From Rickettsiales bacterium (GTDB lineage: Bacteria > Pseudomonadota > Alphaproteobacteria > Rickettsiales > UBA1997), in assembly GCA_032119875.1 (NCBI GenBank), contig JAUMFK010000076.1:1-36825 (forward strand): 36,825 nt of DNA, read 5' to 3'. A program made the translations under genes and the position numbers. Position 1 is the first letter of the stretch; every line of letters begins with the position of its first letter. A model generated the notes under the pieces. The model was not told the DNA's origin and searched no databases. It saw only the letters and a program-made list of their open reading frames with translations. Positions 27,633 to 35,907 of the stretch are shown here, piece after piece.

Positions 27633-28546
27633 TTTTCTTGCACAATATGTTGAAAAACCTGTTCTAGATCTGGTTGTTTGGTAGAAATATCGATAATATC
27701 AAGGTTTTGTGAAGTAATTTGCCATAAAATATCGGTAATTGCAATGCGATTTGGATTATAATTAATAATAATTTCGTTTGTTTCGTTTAGCTTAACATCA
27801 AGATTTGGCAACATAAAATTAGCAGGCAACAATTGTTTGGTGTGAATAATTAACTGTTTTTCTGATAAACTATTTAACAAATTTTGTTTGCTATCGCAAG
27901 CCACAACCTTGCCTTTATTAATAACGGCAATTTCATTGCAGAGTTGTTCTGCTTCGGTTAAATAATGAGTGGTAAGCAATACTGTGGTTCCTTGCTTATT
28001 CAAACTCTGCACATAAGACCAAAGCTGATTTCGTAATTCAACATCAACTCCTGCGGTTGGCTCGTCGAGTACCAGAATTTCGGGGTTATGAACCAAAGCT
28101 TTTGCCACTAAAAGCCTTCTTCTCATACCGCCAGATAATGTTCTAGGCACTGATTTTGCTTTATCACCTAAACCTAAAGCCTCAATGATTTGGTTGGTTT
28201 TGCGTTGAGATTTTGGAACTCCAAAATAGCCAGCATAAATTTCGAGAGTTTCATAAACATTAAAAAATGGATCGATTATTAACTCTTGTGGCACAATGCC
28301 GATTTTATATTTACTCTCACAAGAATGAGTGTCGATATCAAAACCAGCAACCACAACTTTACCACTAGTTTTTTTTACTAAACCAGCTAAAATATTGATA
28401 ATGGTAGATTTTCCTGCTCCATTTGGCCCTAATAAACCAAAAAATGAACCTTTTTTTATGTTTAGATCAATGCCGTTAAGAGCTGTTTTTGATAATGATT
28501 TGGCAGATTTTTGATAGGTTTTATGCAAATTTTTGATAATAATCAT
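27629..28546 (-). CDS. ABC transporter ATP-binding protein (no adjacent permease gene)
   Basis: Walker A GPNGAGKST, signature LSGGMRRRL and Walker B ILVLDEPT. It overlaps the pyrB start by 4 nt and lies 3 nt after the pyrC stop. Confidence 0.88.
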   Translation of the reverse strand: MIIIKNLHKTYQKSAKSLSKTALNGIDLNIKKGSFFGLLGPNGAGKSTIINILAGLVKKTSGKVVVAGFDIDTHSCESKYKIGIVPQELIIDPFFNVYETLEIYAGYFGVPKSQRKTNQIIEALGLGDKAKSVPRTLSGGMRRRLLVAKALVHNPEILVLDEPTAGVDVELRNQLWSYVQSLNKQGTTVLLTTHYLTEAEQLCNEIAVINKGKVVACDSKQNLLNSLSEKQLIIHTKQLLPANFMLPNLDVKLNETNEIIINYNPNRIAITDILWQITSQNLDIIDISTKQPDLEQVFQHIVQEK

Positions 28547-28549
28547 AAA

Positions 28550-29887
28550 CTAATAATTATTACTATGTTTGGTAAAATCATCAAATACAATAACCCCATC
28601 AACAACCGTGAGTAGTGCTTTGCCTTTGGTTTGAAAACCGTTAAAAGGTGAATTTTTTGATTTACTATAAAATTTATTAATATCAATTTGCCAAGAAAAG
28701 TTAAGATCTATTAATACCAAATCGGCAATAGCATTTTTGGCAATAATACCTTTGTTTAGATTAATGATTTTTGCTGGATTACAAGTGAGTTTTGCCAATA
28801 CTTGCTGTAAAGTTAATAGTTTTTGATGATATAAATTAAGCGACAAACATAATAAAGTTTCTACTCCAACAATACCAAAAGATGCTTCTTGCAAAGGTTT
28901 TTCTTTAGATGCTAAATCGTGAGGAGCATGATCGGTGGCAATTGCATCAATTAACCCCGATTTTAAACCATCAAGCAGAGCCTGTTTATCTGATTGTGAG
29001 CGAAGTGGAGGGTTCATTTTAGCATTAGTGCCAGAAATTAAAACCTGCTCATCGGTTAAGGTAAAATGATGCGGTGCCACCTCAACAGTTACAGATAAAC
29101 CTTTATCTTTTGCTCTAGCAATAGCTTGTAAAGCCTCTTTGGTTGAAACATGAAGTAAATGATATTTGCCTTTTACCGCCTCTAAAATAGCCAAATCTCT
29201 TTCTACAATTACCGATTCTGAAATATTTGGAATTCCTCTTACTCCAAGCTGGTGAGCAACTATACCTTCGTTAATACAGCCCTTATTAGATAAGTTTAAA
29301 TCTTCGGCATGTTGAGCAACCACAATATCGAGATCTCGACTCATTTCAAAAGCTCTTCTCATAATATTAGCATTCATGACAGGCAAGCCATCATCGGTAA
29401 AACCAACTGCCCCAGCTTGTTTTAATAAGTTCATTTCGGTTAATTCTTGACCCTGCATATTTTTAGTAATACAAGCATAAGCCAAAACATTGCAATAGGC
29501 AGATTCTTTAGCTTTTAGTGTTAAGTATTCTATAGTAAAAACCGAATCAAGGCAAGGAGAAGTATTAGGTTGACACACCACGGTAGTAATTCCGCCTGCC
29601 ACCGCAGAAGCAGAGCCAGTGTGTAGAGTTTCTTTGTGATGTTGGCCAGGATCACGAAAATGCACCTGTAAATCGATAAGACCCGGAGCTAAAATATGTT
29701 GCTTACAATCAATAACTAAATTTGCCGAAGCTTGTAAATTAGGACCAAAATCGATAATTTTATTGCCGATGGTAAGTAAATTACCAATACAATCATAACC
29801 AGTTGCAGGATCAATAATTCGGGCATTTTGATATAAAATAGAAAAATCAGTATTTTTATTTTGATAAGGAAGTTTAAATTGTGGCAT
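28550..29887 (-). CDS. pyrC: Dihydroorotase (type I, long form) or dihydroorotase-like PyrC'
   Basis: Amidohydrolase motifs DLQVHFRDPG, AQHAED, LLHVST and ATDHAPH. The first His of the canonical HxH is Gln (codon CAG at 29666-29668). Confidence 0.85.
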   Translation of the reverse strand: MPQFKLPYQNKNTDFSILYQNARIIDPATGYDCIGNLLTIGNKIIDFGPNLQASANLVIDCKQHILAPGLIDLQVHFRDPGQHHKETLHTGSASAVAGGITTVVCQPNTSPCLDSVFTIEYLTLKAKESAYCNVLAYACITKNMQGQELTEMNLLKQAGAVGFTDDGLPVMNANIMRRAFEMSRDLDIVVAQHAEDLNLSNKGCINEGIVAHQLGVRGIPNISESVIVERDLAILEAVKGKYHLLHVSTKEALQAIARAKDKGLSVTVEVAPHHFTLTDEQVLISGTNAKMNPPLRSQSDKQALLDGLKSGLIDAIATDHAPHDLASKEKPLQEASFGIVGVETLLCLSLNLYHQKLLTLQQVLAKLTCNPAKIINLNKGIIAKNAIADLVLIDLNFSWQIDINKFYSKSKNSPFNGFQTKGKALLTVVDGVIVFDDFTKHSNNY

Positions 29888-29904
29888 AGGTTTTTAAATT
29901 AGAT

Positions 29905-30285
29905 TTACAACCAAGAGAGTGCCGATAAAAGTAATAAAATATCAATTACTATCACTACTTGCCTCCAGCTTGGTTTAGAAATTGGCTCTTGCAACAATAT
30001 TTTTTTTAACAAGGATTTTGGTTTTTTAATTATTGCAAGTTGTTTTTCTTCTTTGGTTAAAGTAGAATCTTCAGGAGGTTTGCATTTATAAACCGCATAA
30101 AGATGCCATATAAAAAATAAAGAAAGCAATGAGCTTGTTAGAAAATAATGAACTTGCAAATAAGATTGTATTTTATAAACAATGTAAAATACAAAACACA
30201 AAGATAAAAACCAAAAAACTTCTACCGCTTTAGAAGTTTCTTGCCCTATTGATGCTTTATAAAAAGATTGCCAAATTTTTTTCAT
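29905..30285 (-). CDS. Hypothetical small membrane protein (about 3 TM helices)
   Basis: 126-aa track ORF. Its ATG overlaps the nuoC stop codon (TAATG). It has hydrophobic segments, and I recognised no family. Confidence 0.5.
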   Translation of the reverse strand: MKKIWQSFYKASIGQETSKAVEVFWFLSLCFVFYIVYKIQSYLQVHYFLTSSLLSLFFIWHLYAVYKCKPPEDSTLTKEEKQLAIIKKPKSLLKKILLQEPISKPSWRQVVIVIDILLLLSALSWL

Positions 30286-30884
30286 TAATCAGATTTTTTA
30301 TTATTATTATTTTGTGGACCATACCAAGGCATATCAAAATCAAAATTACGAAATTCTTGGGTAAGTTTTACTGGCTCATAAACTACTTTTTGTAATTCTT
30401 GACTATATCGAACTTCTTGGTAACCCGTGAGAGGAAAATCTTTTTGTAAAGGATGCCCAACAAAATCATAATCGGTGAGAATTCGACGCAGATCTGGATG
30501 ATTTTCAAAATAAATGCCGTACATATCAAAAACTTCTCTTTCATACCAACCAGCAGAACTAAATATATTAATTGCTGTTGGAACTTTTATTTGTGAGTTT
30601 TCAAGACAAACTTTTACAGTAATTCGACTGTTTAATTTATAGCTTAATAAATTATAAACCACTTCAAAACGAATTTTCTTTAAATAAAGCATATCGGAAG
30701 CGAAAAGATCGACCAAAGTTTTAAACGAAAGAGCGGTATCTTGTTTTAAAAAAGTAAGAAAATTAATAATTTTTTCAACTGGACAAATAATAATTAAGTG
30801 ATCGTTAGTAATTGAAGTTTGTAAAGAAACTTGTTTAAAATTTTCTTTAATATAAAACTCTTGTTTGGCTAAATCTAAAAACAT
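30285..30884 (-). CDS. nuoC: NADH-quinone oxidoreductase subunit C
   Basis: Motif EREVFDMYGIYFENHPDLRRILTDY. Confidence 0.9.
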   Translation of the reverse strand: MFLDLAKQEFYIKENFKQVSLQTSITNDHLIIICPVEKIINFLTFLKQDTALSFKTLVDLFASDMLYLKKIRFEVVYNLLSYKLNSRITVKVCLENSQIKVPTAINIFSSAGWYEREVFDMYGIYFENHPDLRRILTDYDFVGHPLQKDFPLTGYQEVRYSQELQKVVYEPVKLTQEFRNFDFDMPWYGPQNNNNKKSD

Positions 30885-30887
30885 AAT

Positions 30888-31418
30888 TTATCGTTTAAAA
30901 TTTTTAGTTCTACTAATTTTATTTTGCAGAACCATTAAACCATAGAGCAAAGCTTCGGCAGTTGGTGGGCAACCCGGCACATAAACATCAACAGGCACAA
31001 TACGATCGCAACCCCTCACAACCGAATAAGAATAATGATAATAACCCCCGCCATTAGCACAACTACCCATAGAAACCACATATCGTGGCTCCGACATTTG
31101 ATCGTAAACTTTACGTAGAGCAGGAGCCATTTTGTTAGTAAGAGTGCCAGCAACAATCATGACATCGGATTGTCTTGGTGATGGGCGAAAAACCATACCA
31201 AAACGATCGAGATCGTATCGACTAGATGCAGTTTGCATCATTTCAACCGCACAACAAGCTAAACCAAAAGTCATGGGCCAAAGCGAGCCAGACCTTGCCC
31301 AATTTATTAAATCATCGAGTTTAGCAGTTAAAAAACCTTGATTTGCAACATCTGTGGGCAGTTTACCAAAATCAGTTTCTTGTAAAGAAGATGTAGTGGT
31401 TATGTAAGATTTTACCAT
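30888..31418 (-). CDS. nuoB: NADH-quinone oxidoreductase subunit B
   Basis: Fe-S ligand motifs [15 protein letters not shown] and PGCPP. Confidence 0.93.
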   Translation of the reverse strand: MVKSYITTTSSLQETDFGKLPTDVANQGFLTAKLDDLINWARSGSLWPMTFGLACCAVEMMQTASSRYDLDRFGMVFRPSPRQSDVMIVAGTLTNKMAPALRKVYDQMSEPRYVVSMGSCANGGGYYHYSYSVVRGCDRIVPVDVYVPGCPPTAEALLYGLMVLQNKISRTKNFKR

Positions 31419-31819
31419 TCAAGAGCACCTCTTTTTAATTCGTAAATAAAACCAATAGTAAGCACATTTAAGAAAAAAATCATCGACCAAAAACCAGCAT
31501 AACCTATTGTTTTTAAAGAAACCGCCCACGGAAATAAAAATGCTATTTCTAGATCGAAAATTAAAAATAAAATTGCCACTAAATAAAACTTAACATTAAA
31601 TTTATTTCTTACCTCACCTGATCCTTCAAAACCGCATTCATAAGGAGAATTTTTATGTTTATCTGGCCGAAGTTTATTAATAAAAAAAGGTAAAACAATA
31701 ATTAATAAAGACAAACCAAAAGCAACTACACAAAAAATAAGTATTGGCAGATATTCGACCGAAACCGCTTGCGGTGTAAAAAGTTTTGATTGTAATTGTT
31801 GGGTGTTAAAAAGATTCAT
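31412..31819 (-). CDS. nuoA: NADH-quinone oxidoreductase subunit A
   Basis: Three TM helices, the YECGF motif and a 7-nt overlap with nuoB. Confidence 0.9.
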   Translation of the reverse strand: MNLFNTQQLQSKLFTPQAVSVEYLPILIFCVVAFGLSLLIIVLPFFINKLRPDKHKNSPYECGFEGSGEVRNKFNVKFYLVAILFLIFDLEIAFLFPWAVSLKTIGYAGFWSMIFFLNVLTIGFIYELKRGALEW

Positions 31820-31885
31820 AATTTATTTGTAAAAAGAAATTTTTCTCAAATTTTAAACAAAAAATATTTTAATTACAACTATTTT

Positions 31886-32629
31886 TTAAATCAATTGTTC
31901 TTGTTTTAAAAAATTTTTTGCTTCAACAATAGAAAATTGCCGAAAATGAAAAATAGAGGCCGCTAAAACAGCAGAAGCTCCAGCTTTTAAACCATCGGCT
32001 AAATCATTTAAACTACCAACTCCACCTGAAGCAATTACAGGAATACTAATTTTACTAGTAATTGCTTTTATTAAATCAAGATCATAACCAGTTTTTGTGC
32101 CGTCTTTATCCATTGAGGTAAGTAAAATTTCACCTGCTCCTAATTGCTGAACTTTACTTGCCCAAGTTATAGCATTTAAACCAGTTGCTTTTGAACCGCC
32201 ATGACTAAATATTTCGTAACCAATGGCGGTTTTTTTTACATCTAAAGCCACCACCACACATTGTGAGCCAAATTTATTAGCTGCTTGGGTAATCAAAAGA
32301 GGATTACTAATTGCCGAAGAATTGATAGAAACTTTATCAGCTCCGCACCGCATTAAAGTTAAGAAATCAGCTATTTCTTTAATACCACCACCAACTGTAA
32401 AAGGAATAAAACAAGTTGAAGAAACTTTTTTAACCATATCAAACATATTTTGCCTATTTTCTTGAGTAGCAGAAATATCGAGAAAACAAAGCTCATCGGC
32501 TTTTTCTTGATAATAATATTGGGCCTGAACAATAGGATTACCAGCATCGGCTAAATTTTCAAAGTTAATACCTTTTACCACTCTGCCGTTTTTTACATCA
32601 AGACAAGGAATAATTCTAGGTTTTAACAT
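31886..32629 (-). CDS. hisF: Imidazole glycerol phosphate synthase cyclase subunit
   Basis: Motifs RIIPCLDVKNGRVVKG, FTVGGGI and ASGGVG. Confidence 0.92.
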   Translation of the reverse strand: MLKPRIIPCLDVKNGRVVKGINFENLADAGNPIVQAQYYYQEKADELCFLDISATQENRQNMFDMVKKVSSTCFIPFTVGGGIKEIADFLTLMRCGADKVSINSSAISNPLLITQAANKFGSQCVVVALDVKKTAIGYEIFSHGGSKATGLNAITWASKVQQLGAGEILLTSMDKDGTKTGYDLDLIKAITSKISIPVIASGGVGSLNDLADGLKAGASAVLAASIFHFRQFSIVEAKNFLKQEQLI

Positions 32630-32632
32630 ATT

Positions 32633-33154
32633 TTACAACATACGTTTAATAATAGGAAATTTATTAGCACCAATAAAATGATGTTTTATAACTGCTAATA
32701 AATGAAAGATAATTAAGCCTAATAAACTAAATGCAAAAATTTCATGTAGTTCTGAAAAATTTTTCGCCAAATCAAAATTAGTTTCAACCAAATTAGGCAA
32801 AACCATGCCAAAAATTTTTACATTATAACCGTAATAATTAGACATTAAATAACCAGATACTGGAGTAATAAACATTAGTAAATAGAGCATAAAGTGAGTT
32901 ATTTTTGCCAATTTCACAATATATGGAGCTATTTCTGCTGGTAATTGAGGTGATTTATATAAAAAACGATTAATTATACGTGCAGAAATCATGATTAAAG
33001 CTAAAACCCCAAAAGATTTATGCAAAGAATAAAAAAACAAACGATTTTCATTTTCTTTGTTAAGAGAAGTCATGTAAAAAGCTAAAGCAAAAGCTATAAT
33101 AATAACTAAAGCCATTAACCAATGAAAAACTCTAGCCGAATAACTGTATTTCAT
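32633..33154 (-). CDS. Cytochrome b561 family protein
   Basis: Four TM helices with conserved His residues (RVFHW, LHKSFG, ITHF, IFH), in the CybB-like layout. Confidence 0.72.
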   Translation of the reverse strand: MKYSYSARVFHWLMALVIIIAFALAFYMTSLNKENENRLFFYSLHKSFGVLALIMISARIINRFLYKSPQLPAEIAPYIVKLAKITHFMLYLLMFITPVSGYLMSNYYGYNVKIFGMVLPNLVETNFDLAKNFSELHEIFAFSLLGLIIFHLLAVIKHHFIGANKFPIIKRML

Positions 33155-33237
33155 AGTAAAATTTATTAATTAATTACGGCCAATTTACCATAACATTTTC
33201 AAATATTACTTATGCAAAAATCAAAATGCAAAATATT

Positions 33238-33498
33238 TTACCATTTTTTCTGAATAATTTTAATTTCCAAAGCATGTAAGCCATCTAGAAATTCTTGTTT
33301 TAAACTTTGATTAATAAATCGATGAGCTTGAATTTTTGTGCATTTATCAAAAAAAATACTGGTGATAATAACTTTAAAATGAGTGCCTAAATTATTGGTA
33401 GAAACAAAATGCCCACTATGAGCAGAAGAATTATCGATAACTTGCAAAAAACTTGGCTGAAATTTTTTTGTTAAGTTGTTAACAATTCTTTCTTTCAT
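33238..33498 (-). CDS. bolA: BolA family protein
   Basis: Motifs VIDNSSAHSGH, GTHFKVIITS and HAL. I chose the start at the internal Met (MKERIV, 33498) because the 27-codon upstream extension of the track ORF is just a translation of the TGTTAATAA repeats (LLTKTNKLLTK). Confidence 0.75.
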   Translation of the reverse strand: MKERIVNNLTKKFQPSFLQVIDNSSAHSGHFVSTNNLGTHFKVIITSIFFDKCTKIQAHRFINQSLKQEFLDGLHALEIKIIQKKW

Positions 33499-33796
33499 TT
33501 TTGTTAATAATTTGTTGGTTTTTGTTAATAACTTTTTACTTATTAACAATATTTGTTTGAAAAAATAAGTTGTTGTCAAATATTAACAAGTTATTCACAA
33601 AATAAAAATGTTAATAACTATTTATTTAGTAAAAAAACAATGTTAATAACTAGTATTTTAAACATTTAAATTATTGTTTGCAAGTTTTAATTTTACTGCT
33701 TACAATGGTTATAAAATTTTTCTTAAATAAATGTTAATAACTTGTTAATAACATTTTATTCACATTTTAACAACACTAATATCAATAAAAAATTAA
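33499..33796. other. Candidate chromosomal replication origin (oriC) in the bolA/hemE divergent intergenic region
   Basis: Two identical DnaA-box-like 9-mers TTATTCACA (33591-33599 and 33756-33764), which fit TTWTNCACA. Three perfect 13-mers AATGTTAATAACT (33607, 33639, 33730). Eight copies of the GTTAATA core in total, six on the plus strand and two inverted. One exact TTAA-N7-TTAA (33734-33748). The region is very AT-rich and adjacent to hemE. Confidence 0.5.
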
Positions 33797-34831
33797 ATGA
33801 ATAAAATTATTAATGTTATAAAAAATCATCAAATTTATTCTAATCCTCCTGTTTGGATTATGCGTCAAGCTGGTCGATATTTACCAGAATATTTAGAAGT
33901 TAGAAACAAACTTGAAAACTTTTTAGATTTATGTTATAACCCAGTTTTAGCAAGCAAAGTAACTCTACAACCAATTGAAAGATTTGGTTTTGATTCGGCA
34001 ATTATTTTTTCTGATATTTTAGTAATTCCAGATGCTTTAGGAATTAAAGTTGATTTTATAAAAAATCATGGTCCAGTTTTAGCTGATTTTAATTTATCTA
34101 ATGTAAATAAATTAAAAATAGATCATAATTTTTTTCAAAAACTTCAGCCAGTTTTTGAAGCAGTTTCTTTAACAAAAAGTAAATTAAATAATCAAACTTC
34201 TCTTATTGGTTTTGCAGGAGCTCCTTTTACTTTGGCTTGTTATATGTTGCAAGGTGGTTCTGCAAAAAATTTTGACAAAGTTAAACAAATTGCAACCGCA
34301 AATAAAGATGAATTTTTAGAATTACTAAATTTATTAAGTGAAGCAATTATTTTATTTTTAGAACAAAAAATTAAAAGCGGTGCCGATATTATTAAAATCT
34401 TTGATTCTTGGGCAGGTATCTTACCTTGTGATCAGGTGCAAGATTTTGTAATTAACCCTACTAAAAAAATAGTTGATTATTTTTTAAAAAATTATAAACA
34501 AGTGCCGATAATTTGCTTTCCAAAAAATATTGGAGTTAATTATAAAAATTTTTTACAACAAGTAAAATGTAATGTTTTAGCAATAGATCAATCAATTAGT
34601 TTTGATTATGCAAACGATTTATTTACCACAAAAAAAATAGTTCTACAAGGAAATCTTGATAATTTTTTATTAGCATTTGGCACTAAACAACAAATTACTC
34701 ATCAAGTTGAAAAAATTTTGCTAAATTTTATTGATAAACCATTTATTTTTAATTTAGGACATGGTATCTTACCTCAAACTCCAATTGCTAATGTTGAGTT
34801 ATTATTAAAAATTATTCACAAAAAATGTTAA
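33797..34831 (+). CDS. hemE: Uroporphyrinogen decarboxylase
   Basis: Signature PVWIMRQAGRYLPEY. Confidence 0.92.
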   Translation: MNKIINVIKNHQIYSNPPVWIMRQAGRYLPEYLEVRNKLENFLDLCYNPVLASKVTLQPIERFGFDSAIIFSDILVIPDALGIKVDFIKNHGPVLADFNLSNVNKLKIDHNFFQKLQPVFEAVSLTKSKLNNQTSLIGFAGAPFTLACYMLQGGSAKNFDKVKQIATANKDEFLELLNLLSEAIILFLEQKIKSGADIIKIFDSWAGILPCDQVQDFVINPTKKIVDYFLKNYKQVPIICFPKNIGVNYKNFLQQVKCNVLAIDQSISFDYANDLFTTKKIVLQGNLDNFLLAFGTKQQITHQVEKILLNFIDKPFIFNLGHGILPQTPIANVELLLKIIHKKC

Positions 34832-35901
34832 AAGCTAATCAATTTTTACTTGATATACCTAGTTATATTCCTGGAAAATCTAAAACTAATCATCAACAAA
34901 TAATTAAACTTTCTTCAAACGAAAATGCTTTAGGTGCTAGTAAAAAAGCTATTGAGGTTTATAAAAAACATGCCGATAAACTTTTTCGCTACCCAGATGG
35001 AAGTTGCCTTGATTTAACTAATTGTTTAGCAGAAATAAACAATATTAATTCAAAACAAATTGTTTGTGGTGCAGGTTCTGATGAAATTATTTCTTTATTA
35101 ACTACTGCTTTTGCTAGTATTGATGATGAAGTTTTATATAGTGAATATGGTTTTTTGATGTATCCAATTTCGGCAAAAAAAGTTGGAGCAAAGCCAGTAA
35201 AAGTGCTAGAAACTAATTTAAAAACTAACCTCGATAATTTTTTAAATAATATTTCTAATAAAACAAAAATTATTTTTATTGCTAACCCAAATAATCCTAC
35301 TGGCTCTTATGTTTTAAAGCAAGAGTTAGAAAATTTTTTAAGTAAAGTGCCTAATAATATTTTAGTGGTGCTTGATCATGCTTATCAAGAGTTTGTGACA
35401 GCTACTGATTATTATCAAGGTTTTGATTTAGTAGAAAAATATCAAAATTTAGTAATTACTCGAACTTTTTCAAAAATTTATGGTTTAGCATCTTTAAGAA
35501 TTGGTTGGTCATATAGTAATTTATATGTGGCAGAAATACTTCATAAAGTAAGAGGGCCTTTTAATGTAAATGGAGCTGGGCAGTTAACAGCAATTGCCTC
35601 ATTGCAAGATATTGAATTTTTGCAAGAATCGGTTTATCATAATAATAATTGGCTAGAAAAATTTAGGCAATTTTTTGCTAATTTAAAAACAGTTAAGCAA
35701 TATCCTTCGGTGGCAAATTTTGTGTTGGTTGATTTATTTAGTCAACAAAAAGCCCAAGAAATTAACGAAAAACTACTAGATAACGGTATTATTGTGCGTG
35801 ATATGGCTTCTTATAACTTGCATTCTTGTTTGCGTATTAGTGTTGGTAATACTCAAGAGAATCAATATTTACTTAATGTTTTGCAAAAAATTTTAGTATA
35901 A
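34825..35901 (+). CDS. hisC: Histidinol-phosphate aminotransferase
   Basis: Motifs LSSNENALG, RYPDG, GAGSDE, NPNNPTG, DHAYQEF and RTFSKIYGLASLRIGW (PLP lysine). Overlaps hemE by 7 nt. Confidence 0.88.
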   Translation: MLKANQFLLDIPSYIPGKSKTNHQQIIKLSSNENALGASKKAIEVYKKHADKLFRYPDGSCLDLTNCLAEINNINSKQIVCGAGSDEIISLLTTAFASIDDEVLYSEYGFLMYPISAKKVGAKPVKVLETNLKTNLDNFLNNISNKTKIIFIANPNNPTGSYVLKQELENFLSKVPNNILVVLDHAYQEFVTATDYYQGFDLVEKYQNLVITRTFSKIYGLASLRIGWSYSNLYVAEILHKVRGPFNVNGAGQLTAIASLQDIEFLQESVYHNNNWLEKFRQFFANLKTVKQYPSVANFVLVDLFSQQKAQEINEKLLDNGIIVRDMASYNLHSCLRISVGNTQENQYLLNVLQKILV

Positions 35902-35907
35902 TTAATT

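Noticed and set aside
28550-29887. pyrC as a pseudogene, because of the H-to-Q change in the HxH motif.
   Set aside because: The 445-codon frame is intact and all other ligand motifs are conserved. I treat it as a functional or PyrC'-like gene rather than as decay.
33499-33579. The N-terminal 27-codon extension of the bolA track ORF (MTTTYFFKQILLISKKLLTKTNKLLTK).
   Set aside because: It is a translation of the TGTTAATAA repeat array in the putative origin. BolA-family proteins start close to the MKERI-type Met at 33498.
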